Assembly (NCBI GenBank): GCA_048885525.1
Contig: JBHLLP010000004.1
Location: 32,001-96,000 of the forward strand
Length of the DNA: 64,000 bases
Direction of reading: 5' to 3'
Origin: Candidatus Hermodarchaeota archaeon
GTDB taxonomy: Archaea > Asgardarchaeota > Lokiarchaeia > Sigyniarchaeales > SOKP01
In this document: one piece after another, positions 1 to 10,422 of the stretch
Layout: each line of letters starts with the position of its first letter
How positions within the stretch are numbered: the first letter of the stretch is position 1
The notes under the pieces: model-generated
What the model saw: only the letters and a program-made list of their open reading frames with translations
Database searches by the model: none
What the model was told of the DNA's origin: nothing
Translations under genes and position numbers: made by a program

Positions 1-330
1 AAGAAACAATATACTTCTTTTTAATGATTAATATTAATGAATTTAATAGTTTAATTGAACGATATATTAGTGAAAAAAGTTAATTAATGATGATTAGATA
101 ATTTTCCTTTTAAAGAAATTCCTTCTCAGATAATTGGAAATACAGGATTAATTCTATGATTATAAGGCTATAGAAAATTAACTCTTTTACTTGAAAGAGA
201 AACAAAACTGTTTGATAAGCCTGAAAATATAGGGAAAAAGGAATGATAAAACTTAATAGTTTCCAAAAAATAATTATAGTTCAATAAATAAGAATTAATT
301 AATAACAAAAAATGTAGGGAATAGGATAAA

Positions 331-597
331 ATGGGTCATAGGGTATATTGTCCTACATGTGAGCGAGTGGTAGAGCTTCGACGTAAGAATTTTGCCCATC
401 AGTACCATGAGATCCTGTGTTTTACTGTAATCTTAACCTTAGGATTAGGTTTGATCATATATTTTATATTAAAATATAGCAAGAAACCAAATACATGTCC
501 AAATTGTGAGTCTATTTTTGATTTAAAAAACCTTCCCTCACAAAATATAGATATTACTCGAAATTTGAAGGCAACAGATAGATTTACTTTACCATAA
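331..597 (+). CDS. LITAF-like zinc-ribbon membrane-associated protein
   Basis: CPTC, a hydrophobic stretch (ILCFTVILTLGLGLIIYFIL), then TCPNC: the LITAF-type split Zn knuckle. Confidence 0.6.
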   Translation: MGHRVYCPTCERVVELRRKNFAHQYHEILCFTVILTLGLGLIIYFILKYSKKPNTCPNCESIFDLKNLPSQNIDITRNLKATDRFTLP

Positions 598-850
598 CTT
601 TCATTTCTTTATTGCATCTTGGACATGTTTTATCATCACCAGTGAGTTGTCTTTTCATTATTGTTTTTTGATATTTGCATTTTGCATTTGGACAGATCAG
701 AGTATATTTACTTAACTTTATTGGGTGTTTTCCATTAGCCTTATCTCCCTTATTTTCACTTTTAATTTGTTCTGCTTGATCGGATACGGATTTCTTTTTT
801 CTTGACTTTTTTTTGATTTCATCTGACTTTAACCATTTGTCTAAACCCAT
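584..850 (-). CDS. small basic zinc-finger protein
   Basis: CPNAKC ... CPRC pair; ATG start. Confidence 0.6.
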   Translation of the reverse strand: MGLDKWLKSDEIKKKSRKKKSVSDQAEQIKSENKGDKANGKHPIKLSKYTLICPNAKCKYQKTIMKRQLTGDDKTCPRCNKEMKVMVK

Positions 851-989
851 TCAATCTCACTTTAGAAAATTCTTGTTTTTGTTGATAAAACAGACAAAAT
901 ATCAATAATAAAGTAATTGTTCCTTAAACTTAAAACCTAATAAATAAAAAATGAGAAAAAAATAAAAATTTGATTATCAGCACTTATGA

Positions 990-2234
990 CTAAAATACTT
1001 GAACCTCTCCCGCGATAAGTCTCTTTCTTAAATCGAAAAAACTTTCCTTACTTAGTTTTTCATTTGATACTTCCTCTGCGATTTTGCATACTGAATCAAA
1101 GTTCACATTATCAGCAGGAATTAATTCAATTGAATTTACCCATGGATCAGTTATTGGCCTTCCAATCTGAGACAATAATTTAACATGTGCTTCTATAATA
1201 TCTCCTTGTCCTCGTTTTACAATTTCTCTCGCGATCTCTGTCCCAAGAACGTTATAAAGCTTCCCTACATGATTGATTGGATTCTTCCCACATACAGCTT
1301 CTAAGCTCATTGTTCTACATGGAGTTATAAGACCGTTTGAACGGTTGCCACGTCCTACTTCTCCATCATCTCCGGCTTCAGCTGATGTGCCAGTAATGGT
1401 CAGATACATGATTCCCTTTTCGATATTATCAGCTACATTTACTTGGCATGTAACATCGCGTTCTGGGATAATATCTGCGGCTAGATCTAGAACAGCTTCT
1501 TTAATTTGATTTGTATAACTAACATATTCACTAGCATCGTTGATATATTTACTTATCATTGCCGCTGCAACAGTAATTCCAATTTCATTACCTATTCTTT
1601 CGGTCATAACTTTCACATCTTCTCCAGAAGCAGGGCATTTATCTTTAAATGCATCCGAGTTAATTAACTTTTCAGCTTCAAGAGTAATTCTTTCCACATC
1701 CGAATAAGGGGCATATCCAACACCAAAACTCGTATCATTCGCTAGTGGAACTTCTTCAGTATGGTGCGATTCATCAAATACTCCCGTCAAATCTATTGAA
1801 CCTGGTCGAACGGCATAATCAAATTGGATATCTTTATTTAAATCAAGGTTTCTAAAAATATCTGAAAGGATTTTACGCTGAGTTTCTATACATATAGTTG
1901 GGATTGGAATATATTCGAGTTTATTTGTACCATCTCCGCATTCTGTAAGTATCTGATTTATAGCTCTCCCAACAATTAGAAAATATTGTGGCTGAATAAT
2001 TTGGCCACCGCCATACTTTGGTTTTGCAGTACCTCCAACAAGAGCAGCCTTATCGACATTATGATGGTACACACGACCAAAATTATCAAGATAATAAAGA
2101 CATAAGGCTCTAGAGCAAGCATCAGCAACAGCATCACAAACAGTATCAGGATGTCCAATTCCTTTCCTTTCGCAGAGTTCTGGGAAATTACTTTTTTCAA
2201 TAGGCTTAAAATCCGCTAGACTCAATTTTAACAT
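990..2234 (-). CDS. mat: S-adenosylmethionine synthetase, archaeal type
   Basis: [38 protein letters not shown] motifs. Confidence 0.96.
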   Translation of the reverse strand: MLKLSLADFKPIEKSNFPELCERKGIGHPDTVCDAVADACSRALCLYYLDNFGRVYHHNVDKAALVGGTAKPKYGGGQIIQPQYFLIVGRAINQILTECGDGTNKLEYIPIPTICIETQRKILSDIFRNLDLNKDIQFDYAVRPGSIDLTGVFDESHHTEEVPLANDTSFGVGYAPYSDVERITLEAEKLINSDAFKDKCPASGEDVKVMTERIGNEIGITVAAAMISKYINDASEYVSYTNQIKEAVLDLAADIIPERDVTCQVNVADNIEKGIMYLTITGTSAEAGDDGEVGRGNRSNGLITPCRTMSLEAVCGKNPINHVGKLYNVLGTEIAREIVKRGQGDIIEAHVKLLSQIGRPITDPWVNSIELIPADNVNFDSVCKIAEEVSNEKLSKESFFDLRKRLIAGEVQVF

Positions 2235-2418
2235 TTCATTTAACCAACTTCTTAAATAAATAGTTCATTTAAATATGTTTTTAAATTAATTATCAGTTAA
2301 ATTCCTTATTAAATGGAAGATGCAGTTGTTGCACTTCATATTTGATTATAAATAATAATATTTATAATATTTGTTATTATTAATATGCACATAAAGCATA
2401 AAAAAAATATTGTTGTTC

Positions 2419-2991
2419 ATGGAAATTTTACCATCTTTGACCGATATCAAGCGTTTACGTAAAAAATTAGACATTAACCAAAAAGATTTAGGAAATATAT
2501 TAAACATTCCGCAGTCTACTATTTCTAGAATTGAAAGCGGAACGATAGATCCACCATATTCTAAATATAAAAAAATATATGAATATCTCGAAAATGAACG
2601 GAAAATACGAGAAAAGTCGAAACGACATGCAGTAGATATAATGGTGCCGAATATAATATCTATTGAACGTAGCTCAACAATAAGAAATGCAATAGATTTA
2701 ATGAATAAACATGAAATCTCGCAATTACCCATAATCGAAAATAATCAGAACTTGGGTAGTATAACTTCAAAAAAAATACAGAAATACATAACAGATAATC
2801 CACAAATTATCAATATGGATATCTCTCTTATAAAAGAATTACCATTTCCCGAAATCGATAAAAATTGGAATGTAAAGGATATATCTGATCTGCTCTTAAA
2901 ATATCCTGCTGTTTTGGTAAGAGAAAATAACGAATATATTGGAATAATTACAGATTCTGATCTTCTTAGATTACCTAATAAAAATAAGTAA
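2419..2991 (+). CDS. XRE-family HTH + CBS-pair transcriptional regulator
   Basis: QSTISRIESG HTH followed by CBS motifs (ISQLPII, GIITDSD); ATG 2419 preferred to TTG 2410. Confidence 0.9.
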   Translation: MEILPSLTDIKRLRKKLDINQKDLGNILNIPQSTISRIESGTIDPPYSKYKKIYEYLENERKIREKSKRHAVDIMVPNIISIERSSTIRNAIDLMNKHEISQLPIIENNQNLGSITSKKIQKYITDNPQIINMDISLIKELPFPEIDKNWNVKDISDLLLKYPAVLVRENNEYIGIITDSDLLRLPNKNK

Positions 2992-3098
2992 ATTTCTTAT
3001 ATTTTTCAACTTTTCATGGTAAAAGTAATAAATTTGGAAATTAATATTGCTAAATAGAAAAAAGAATAATTTTTTAATACAATATAGTTTTTTAAAGA

Positions 3099-4106
3099 TT
3101 GGATTTAATGATTGAAAAGATACTTCAAGAGATTGACATTTTATTAAACAATGCTAATTACGAGACGTTAGCATTGGGTAATTTTGCAGTTAAGAAAAGT
3201 AAATTCTGTTTTGATCTTTTAGCTAAAAAAGATGATTTTGTATTTAGTGTAAAGGTTTTTCCAAATATTGATAATTTAAATCTTGAAGTTATTCGTGATA
3301 TTAAATCCTTATCAACAATTCTCAAATCAAAACCTTTACTAATTGGAATTAGGAATAGATATCAGAAGTTAGAAGATAATACAATTTATATAAGAGAAGA
3401 CTTACCATTTATTACACTTAATACACTTGAGAATATACTTAATAATAAATATCCGCACATCTTAGCAAGAAGAGGAGGTGGGGTAATATTTCTGGATGGA
3501 AATTTAATGAAAACGCTAAGAGAAGAACAAACTATAACTAGAAAAGAACTTTCTGAAAAAATAGGCGTAACCAAAAGAACTTTGTGTGCATATGAAAATG
3601 AATCTATGCGCCCTTCTGAGAAAATTGCTGAAAAAATATTAGAGACATTAGAAAATAAGGATCTTTTCAAGAAAATCAATATATTTGCATGGCCAATTAA
3701 AACTGATATCGAAAATAACGAGGAATTTGAAGAAAAGGAATTAAGCCAATTTGAGACTCATGTACAGGATATCATTAATAGTATCGGGCTTTCTTCTTAT
3801 TGGTATAAAAAAGGTTCTATCCCTTTCAAATTGTCTTTATATTCTACTTCAGATAAGAAAGAGTCAGAAGGATTTTATCCTCTCTTTTCTGGTATATCAG
3901 AAGAACAAGGAAAACTGAATGAAATGGATTTTAAGTGTTTAAAAAGATTCACAAATTTATTCCACAAAACCTCATTATTTATAATAAATAACGATATAAG
4001 AATTCCTGAAATATTTAAAAAAGATAAAATTCCTATTGTTAAAATTAAAAATTTAGAAAAAGTAGATGATGAAGAAGAGTTCATTGAACTCATCCATGAA
4101 TCCTAA
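3099..4106 (+). CDS. archaeal HTH transcriptional regulator (COG1395-like)
   Basis: FDLLAKK N-terminus, ARRGG motif, ELSEKIGVTKRTLCAYEN HTH; usual neighbour of rnhB/fibrillarin. Confidence 0.8.
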   Translation: MDLMIEKILQEIDILLNNANYETLALGNFAVKKSKFCFDLLAKKDDFVFSVKVFPNIDNLNLEVIRDIKSLSTILKSKPLLIGIRNRYQKLEDNTIYIREDLPFITLNTLENILNNKYPHILARRGGGVIFLDGNLMKTLREEQTITRKELSEKIGVTKRTLCAYENESMRPSEKIAEKILETLENKDLFKKINIFAWPIKTDIENNEEFEEKELSQFETHVQDIINSIGLSSYWYKKGSIPFKLSLYSTSDKKESEGFYPLFSGISEEQGKLNEMDFKCLKRFTNLFHKTSLFIINNDIRIPEIFKKDKIPIVKIKNLEKVDDEEEFIELIHES

Positions 4107-4812
4107 GGATAAAATAGATTTAATTTGTGGGATAGACGAGGCTGGTAGAATTTAATTCATTTCGAATTTCATGTTAAAAGGCTCTGTCTTAGGCCCTATG
4201 GTTTTATGCGGCATTTGCTTTATTGAATCAAATCTAAGTATTCTTTCTAGAATTGGGGTTAAAGATTCAAAAAAGTTATCACCGCAGAAGAGACGACAAT
4301 TCTCTGAGATTTTGAAAAAAAGTTGTCATTCCCATAAGATAGTTGAAATTAGTGCTCAAGAAATTGATGAGAGAGTAAACAATAAAATTACTATGAATCG
4401 GCTTGAGGAGTTAAAGATGGCTGAACTTATTAACGATTTAAGACCTGATATTATATATATAGATGCTGCTGATGTTAATGAAGAAAGATTTGGAATCTCT
4501 ATTAAGCGTTTATTGAATTATAAGCCAAAAGAAGTTATTTCTAAACATAAAGCGGATGATCTTTTTCCTATAGTTTCAGCAAGTTCTATTGTGGCTAAAG
4601 ATAAAAGAGATACACTAATTAACGAAATTCATAGCAAATATGGAAATTTTGGATCAGGATATCCTTCTGACATGAGAACTATCAAATTTCTAAGAGATTA
4701 TATAAATAAATATAAAAAACCACCAAAATTCGCAAGAAAATCATGGGATACAACCAAAAAAATTATAGAACAAGAACTATCTACAAAAAAAATAACTAAT
4801 TTTCTTAACTAA
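4096..4812 (+). CDS. rnhB: ribonuclease HII, split by a 30-nt putative intron (join 4096..4148,4179..4812; 228 aa)
   Basis: ATG 4096 reads MNPKDKIDLICGIDEAGR then ATT TAA; the same frame resumes GSVLGPMV...GVKDSKKL...YIDAAD...HKADD...GSGYPSD. The ORF-track call at 4171 lacks the catalytic DE. Confidence 0.9.
4149..4178 (+). other. putative BHB-type mRNA intron (30 nt) in rnhB
   Basis: Bulges AGA 4147-49 and AAA 4177-79 flank a 4-bp helix UGGU/GUUA; inner stem AU/AU plus AAUUC/GAAUU; outer exon-exon stem; in-frame TAA at 4153. Confidence 0.75.
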
Positions 4813-5503
4813 ATACTTTTTTTACTACTAATATTATATGATTGGCAGCATACTTATGAATATTTACTCTCTCTATAATATTGTATCCCGCTTTTTCAAG
4901 AATTGTTTTCTCTTTTTCATAAATATACTCAGATTTTTGAAGACTGTCAATTGATTGAGATTTAATTGCAATAATAAGTATACCATTATTCTTTAAGTAA
5001 TATGCACAATTCGATAAGGCGATTTCAGCTTGATTTGGCTGCGCTACATCTTGATAAATCAAATCTATTTCTGTAAAAATATATTTAGCATATTCCTCTG
5101 GAAATCGGGCATCTCCTAATATGGGAATAATATTTGTTCTTTCTGACGTATTTTGAATTAGTTGTCTCATACTTCTTTCTGCAAATTCTACCCCATAAAT
5201 GATTCCAGAATCTATAATATCTGATAAGTGAGAGATAGAAGTACCAGAAGATGCTCCTAAATATAGACATTTTAAATCTTCTGCTAAAAAATTAGTTATA
5301 GGGTTTTTTAAAATTAAAGCTGCTAATTTACTTCTAAATGGATCCCATTCTCTATACTCCAACCCCTTATAATTAATTAGTCTTTCACCATATATATTTT
5401 TTCCAATAACTGCATTCTTAGTATATAATTTTAATTTTTCTTGATAACCAGAAATAAACACATTGGAAAACTTCGGATGGTCTCTAATTTCTATTTTAGA
5501 CAT
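4805..5503 (-). CDS. flpA: fibrillarin rRNA/tRNA 2'-O-methyltransferase
   Basis: YREWDPFRSKLAA, LYLGASSGT, YQDVAQPNQA. Confidence 0.96.
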   Translation of the reverse strand: MSKIEIRDHPKFSNVFISGYQEKLKLYTKNAVIGKNIYGERLINYKGLEYREWDPFRSKLAALILKNPITNFLAEDLKCLYLGASSGTSISHLSDIIDSGIIYGVEFAERSMRQLIQNTSERTNIIPILGDARFPEEYAKYIFTEIDLIYQDVAQPNQAEIALSNCAYYLKNNGILIIAIKSQSIDSLQKSEYIYEKEKTILEKAGYNIIERVNIHKYAANHIILVVKKVFS

Positions 5504-5533
5504 CTTATAATTTTCTCTTTATCTTCTTTTTTT

Positions 5534-6727
5534 TTATGACATTCTTTTTTTACTCTTTCCTGATGTTGCCTTTTTAGGTGGACTAGGATACTTCTCTTCA
5601 ATTTCTTTTATTTTATCTTCGATATCTTTTTTTAATTTATCACCTATAAATTCTCCCTTAAAATTGTCCACCTTAGCAGCAACTCCAATTTTTCCTGCCA
5701 CAACTCTAGCTATCTTCCCTCTTGTCCATGGTGTTGCCGATCTAATCTGATTCCATTGAAAGATTAATCCATGTTTAGGTCTTTTTTCACCCGTCTTTAG
5801 AAAACGATATAATGCTTTTTCAGCACCTAATAATTGAATTCTAGAAGCAGGCATATAAGCTAATTTCTGTAAAGAACCCGCCTTTGCTATTAATTTAGCA
5901 CCTATCAATGGACCGATAAGATTATTAATATTTGGAGCAGCTCTTTCCATTAAATCTTCTAAATGATTTTCTAATTGTTGTCGATATTCATCTAAGGAAA
6001 TTATTTGGTGGGCATAATTTTGGATTATTGAAAGATCAAAATTAGCACCCATCGACTCTGAAGCGTACTTTTCCAACATCTTAATTTTACTTTCATTTAT
6101 AACTAAATTTGTTTTTAGATTTTCGAGAGTAAAATTCTCTCTCGAACCTAATATTGAGATTAATCTTGCTAAAGTTATGTTATCTTCAACAATTTTATCA
6201 GTCAACTCTGGGAAATGCAAACCATACCATTCTCTAAGGTGACTTGAAAATAAACTAATAGATTTCTTTATTACATCTAATACAGTAATAACCTGAGTAA
6301 TTATGTTATCTGTATGACCACTTGCTTTACTTATTTCTCTTCTTGTTAATTCGTCACTTACTCTCTTATATTGATTTAGAATTTCTTCTCTGGTTTTTTT
6401 TATTCCAATTCTTTTTAAATTATCTTCTAAATTTAAACGAAAATTTTTAATTTCTATGGAATTTCTCTGAAAAAATGTTTTATATCCCAACTTTTCTGAA
6501 GTTAGCGCTTCTAATTTTTTATTATCAAATAAGAATTCATTAAAACCAGAATTTTCTAATTGTAATAAAAAATTCTCAAATACTTTTTGAATAACATTAT
6601 TTGATAACGCATCATAAAATTCAAGAATTTTTTTGTAATCATCATCAAAATCAATGAAATTTAAGATGTTTCCAGTCTCATCAAATGCAAATATTCCAAT
6701 TAAAGTATCTGCTATGTAAGATTTCAT
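5534..6727 (-). CDS. nop5: Nop5 (Nop56/58) box C/D RNP protein
   Basis: LREWYGLHFPEL, IQLLGAEKALYR, PKHGLIFQ; adjacent to fibrillarin. Confidence 0.95.
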   Translation of the reverse strand: MKSYIADTLIGIFAFDETGNILNFIDFDDDYKKILEFYDALSNNVIQKVFENFLLQLENSGFNEFLFDNKKLEALTSEKLGYKTFFQRNSIEIKNFRLNLEDNLKRIGIKKTREEILNQYKRVSDELTRREISKASGHTDNIITQVITVLDVIKKSISLFSSHLREWYGLHFPELTDKIVEDNITLARLISILGSRENFTLENLKTNLVINESKIKMLEKYASESMGANFDLSIIQNYAHQIISLDEYRQQLENHLEDLMERAAPNINNLIGPLIGAKLIAKAGSLQKLAYMPASRIQLLGAEKALYRFLKTGEKRPKHGLIFQWNQIRSATPWTRGKIARVVAGKIGVAAKVDNFKGEFIGDKLKKDIEDKIKEIEEKYPSPPKKATSGKSKKRMS

Positions 6728-6805
6728 TATGATTGGCTAATTTATACTTATTTTTCCTTCATTAATAATTATTATAAAACTATAATCATTATTGTCTTTT
6801 AAAAA

Positions 6806-7732
6806 ATGCTAGAAGTAAATCTTTCTGGTTTAAAATTAAAATCTCCTATTATTTTAGCCTCAGGAATATTAGGCGTATCTTTTTCTTCAATGAAAAGAGT
6901 AATTGATGCTGGAGCTGGTGCTGTCACTACAAAATCTATTGGATCAAAACCAAGAAAAGGATATAAAAATCCATCAATAATAGAGATATATCCTGGAACA
7001 TTTATGAATAGTGTTGGCCTTGGAAATCCTGGGATCAATGCATTTATCTCAGAAATAAATGAAATTAAAAAAAATAACATTCCGTTGATAGTAAGTGTTT
7101 TTGGTAATACAAATGAAGTTTATCTTGATGTAGCAAAAAGAGCTGAAAAGGCAGGTGCCGATGCAATAGAAATTAATATTTCGTGCCCTCATGCTGAAGT
7201 AGCCTCTATAGGAATTGATAAAGATTTAACTTACGAAATAGCAAAATTATTGAAAAATAACCTTACTATACCTCTTTTTGTTAAATTAAATCCTAATGTG
7301 ACAAATATAAAAGAGATTGCCTTAGCCGCCGAGAAAGGTGGTGTTGACGGAGTAGTTGCTATAAATACAGTATCCGGAATGAAAATTGATGTGAACACTA
7401 AAAAGCCAATTTTGTCCCATGGAAGTGGTGGATTATCTGGAAAGGCAATACATCCTATAGCGGTGAAAAAAGTATATGATTTATTCAAAGTTCTAAAAAT
7501 TCCTATAATTGGATGTGGGGGAATAGATTCTTGGCAAGATGCTATAGAGTTTTTTTTAGCAGGAGCTTCAGCAGTACAAATTGGTACAGCTTTATATAAA
7601 GGAACTGAAGTAATCACTGATATTATTGATGGAGTAACTCGATATCTTAGAGATAATGGATATCTTTCTATTAATGATATAATTGGGTTAGCACATCAAG
7701 CTAAAACTCAGGAGGTGCCGAATTTTGACTGA
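6806..7732 (+). CDS. pyrD: dihydroorotate dehydrogenase 1B catalytic subunit
   Basis: NSVGLGNPG, EINISCPH, GGLSG, AVQIGTA. Confidence 0.95.
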   Translation: MLEVNLSGLKLKSPIILASGILGVSFSSMKRVIDAGAGAVTTKSIGSKPRKGYKNPSIIEIYPGTFMNSVGLGNPGINAFISEINEIKKNNIPLIVSVFGNTNEVYLDVAKRAEKAGADAIEINISCPHAEVASIGIDKDLTYEIAKLLKNNLTIPLFVKLNPNVTNIKEIALAAEKGGVDGVVAINTVSGMKIDVNTKKPILSHGSGGLSGKAIHPIAVKKVYDLFKVLKIPIIGCGGIDSWQDAIEFFLAGASAVQIGTALYKGTEVITDIIDGVTRYLRDNGYLSINDIIGLAHQAKTQEVPNFD

Positions 7733-8579
7733 AAATATCATAAAAACAATAAAAATTCATAAAATTAGAGATGAATGTGAGGGAGTTAAAACTATTGTTT
7801 TTAATATGAAAACAAACGATATTCACAAATATATTGTTCCAAAACCGGGACAATTTGTTATGGTTTGGGTACCTGAAATTGATGAAATCCCAATGTCTAT
7901 ATCTGATTGTGATGATAATGGCAATTGGGCTATTACAGTGAAAAATGTTGGCGAATGTACAAATGCTATGTATAATTTAAAAATTGGTGATTATATCGGG
8001 ATAAGAGGACCATTAGGTAATTATTATAAAATTCCAGATGATTATTCAAAAGAACTCTTCTTAATTGGTGGTGGAATTGGTATGGTTCCATTAAAATTCC
8101 TTTCAACTGAACTAATAAAGAGAAATATAAAACATACGATTATTGAAGGTGCTAAATCTAATAATGATTTAATGTTTATAGAATATTTTAAAGAGTTAAC
8201 TGTTGGGTGTACTGAAATTCAATATTGTACAGATGATGGAAGTTATGGAACAAAAGGAGTTGTTTCTGATGTTTTTAAAAGATTGATTAAAGAAATTTTG
8301 AAAAATCAGTTATCAAAAGTCATTGTCTATTCTTGTGGTCCAGAAAGAATGTTGTTTAATTTATTTCAAATATGCCAAGAATATCATATTGAATTTTATG
8401 CAAGTCTTGAAAGGATTATGCGGTGTGGCTGTGGTTTATGTGGCTTATGTGCTTTAGATCCATTAGGATTACTTGTATGTAAAGATGGACCAATTTTTGA
8501 TTCAGATACTCTAAAAAAGATTCAAGATTTTGGAAAATACCAAAGAGACTTCACTGGAAAAAAAATCTTAATTGAATAA
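7725..8579 (+). CDS. pyrK: dihydroorotate dehydrogenase electron transfer subunit
   Basis: PGQFVMVW, RGPLGN, CGCGLCGLC...C 2Fe-2S motif; TTG start after GGAGGTG. Confidence 0.93.
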   Translation: MTENIIKTIKIHKIRDECEGVKTIVFNMKTNDIHKYIVPKPGQFVMVWVPEIDEIPMSISDCDDNGNWAITVKNVGECTNAMYNLKIGDYIGIRGPLGNYYKIPDDYSKELFLIGGGIGMVPLKFLSTELIKRNIKHTIIEGAKSNNDLMFIEYFKELTVGCTEIQYCTDDGSYGTKGVVSDVFKRLIKEILKNQLSKVIVYSCGPERMLFNLFQICQEYHIEFYASLERIMRCGCGLCGLCALDPLGLLVCKDGPIFDSDTLKKIQDFGKYQRDFTGKKILIE

Positions 8580-8695
8580 ATAGAAATTGTAATTTAAATT
8601 GCTTAAATCACAAAATATTTACTTAATCTCTTAATATATTAATTGAGAAATATAAAATCTTTAGAGTAAATCAAATAACTTTTGCTTTAAAAATA

Positions 8696-10330
8696 ATGGG
8701 TACTTTAGAAATTGAAAATTATGAAATCGTTAAAAAAATTTCACGAGAAATTATAGATTATTTAATTAAGAACCCAGAAACTTCTCGCGAAAAAATAACA
8801 AATATCAAGGGAAGGATAGGTAAGAAATACAAATACAATAAAGTTATAAAAAATGCTATTATCTTAGATTACGCAACATCTGAAGAAAAGAATATTATAA
8901 CTCAGATTCTGAAAAGAAGAAAAACCAGAACTTTATCAGGAGTATCTGTAATAGCAATTATGACAGAACCTCTTCCTTGTCCTGGAACTTGTATATATTG
9001 TCCAGGACAAGATTCTCAACCTGGAAAAAAAGCAGCCCAATCGTATACAGGTCAAGAACCTGCTGCTATGAGATCTATTCATAACAATTATGATCCTTAT
9101 TTACAAGTACAAAGTAGAATTAATGATTTAGAAGCAATAGGGCATAAAGTTGATAAGATTGAATTAATCATTATGGGAGGTACTTTTTTATCTACTGATC
9201 TAAAATATCAAGAAAAATTTATAAAAGGAGCCTTAGAAGGAATCATTGAACAAAGAGTGAGTAGCTTAGAAATTGCTAAAAAACTCGCTGAGACCTCTAA
9301 AAGACGTGTTATTGGTATAACCATAGAAACAAGACCTGACTATTGCAAAGAAAAAGATATAGATCGAATGTTGAACTATGGAACAACGCGTGTTGAAATC
9401 GGAATTCAGACACTATATGATGAAATCTATGAGTTAGTGAAAAGGGGTCATTCTACTTTTGATAGTAAAGAAGCGATAAGAATTGCTAAGGATGCTGGAT
9501 TAAAAGTTAATGCTCATATGATGCCTAATTTACCCGGAGCAAGTCTCGAGACAGATATAGATATGTTTGAATCATTATTTTCAAATGTTGATTACCGTCC
9601 TGATATGTTAAAAATTTACCCTACTGTTGTTGTTAAAGGAACCAAATTATATAATTGGTGGAAAGAAGGGAAATATTCGCCTTATTCAGATAAAGAACTA
9701 ATCAATTTATTAGCTGAAGTGAAAATGAAACTCCCTCCCTATGTTAGAATTCAAAGGATTATGAGAGATATTCCTGCAAATTTGATTGAAGCAGGTTGTA
9801 AAAAAAGCAACCTAAGACAATTGGTACAAAATAGGTTAATCCAGATGGGCATCAAATGTAATTGCATTCGATGTAGAGAATACGGACTTACTAAAAGAAA
9901 ACAACTAATTGATAAAAATTATATCGATAATGTTAAATTATTTCGTTTCAATTATGACGCTTCTTCAGGAAATGAGATCTTTTTATCCTATGAAAATCAA
10001 ATCGAAAACTATTTAATAGGATACCTGCGCTTAAGAAAACCATCTGAATTCGCTTATAGACCTGAATTAAACGACGGAAAAACAATGATCGTAAGAGAAA
10101 TTAAAATTGTTGGTGAACTAGTTCCAAAAGATACGAAACCAAATTATTACACTCAAATTCAACACAGAGGATATGGAAAATTATTAATGGAAAATGCTGA
10201 AAAAATATCATCCGAAGAGTTTGATGCTAAAAAGTTAGCAGTAATAAGTGGTTTTGGAGCAAGAGATTGGTTCTATGATATTGGATATAAATTAGATGGT
10301 GTATATGTCTCTAAAAGCCTTAATCATTGA
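8696..10330 (+). CDS. elp3: Elp3 radical SAM/KAT tRNA U34 carboxymethyltransferase
   Basis: CPGTCIYCPG, QSYTGQEPAA, TIETRPD, QHRGYGK. Confidence 0.95.
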   Translation: MGTLEIENYEIVKKISREIIDYLIKNPETSREKITNIKGRIGKKYKYNKVIKNAIILDYATSEEKNIITQILKRRKTRTLSGVSVIAIMTEPLPCPGTCIYCPGQDSQPGKKAAQSYTGQEPAAMRSIHNNYDPYLQVQSRINDLEAIGHKVDKIELIIMGGTFLSTDLKYQEKFIKGALEGIIEQRVSSLEIAKKLAETSKRRVIGITIETRPDYCKEKDIDRMLNYGTTRVEIGIQTLYDEIYELVKRGHSTFDSKEAIRIAKDAGLKVNAHMMPNLPGASLETDIDMFESLFSNVDYRPDMLKIYPTVVVKGTKLYNWWKEGKYSPYSDKELINLLAEVKMKLPPYVRIQRIMRDIPANLIEAGCKKSNLRQLVQNRLIQMGIKCNCIRCREYGLTKRKQLIDKNYIDNVKLFRFNYDASSGNEIFLSYENQIENYLIGYLRLRKPSEFAYRPELNDGKTMIVREIKIVGELVPKDTKPNYYTQIQHRGYGKLLMENAEKISSEEFDAKKLAVISGFGARDWFYDIGYKLDGVYVSKSLNH

Positions 10331-10422
10331 GATTTCATCATGCTTCAAAAAATTTATCTTATTAAAGCTTTTTATATAATATATTTTGTGTATATATATA
10401 TGTCAATAATCTAGAATTATGA

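Noticed and set aside
1-250. Coding-like fragments at the window start
   Set aside because: Multiple stops and no recognisable family; possibly a gene remnant
4171-4812. ORF-track RNase HII starting at ATG 4171 as the complete gene
   Set aside because: It lacks the catalytic GIDEAGR, which is encoded in frame at 4129-4149
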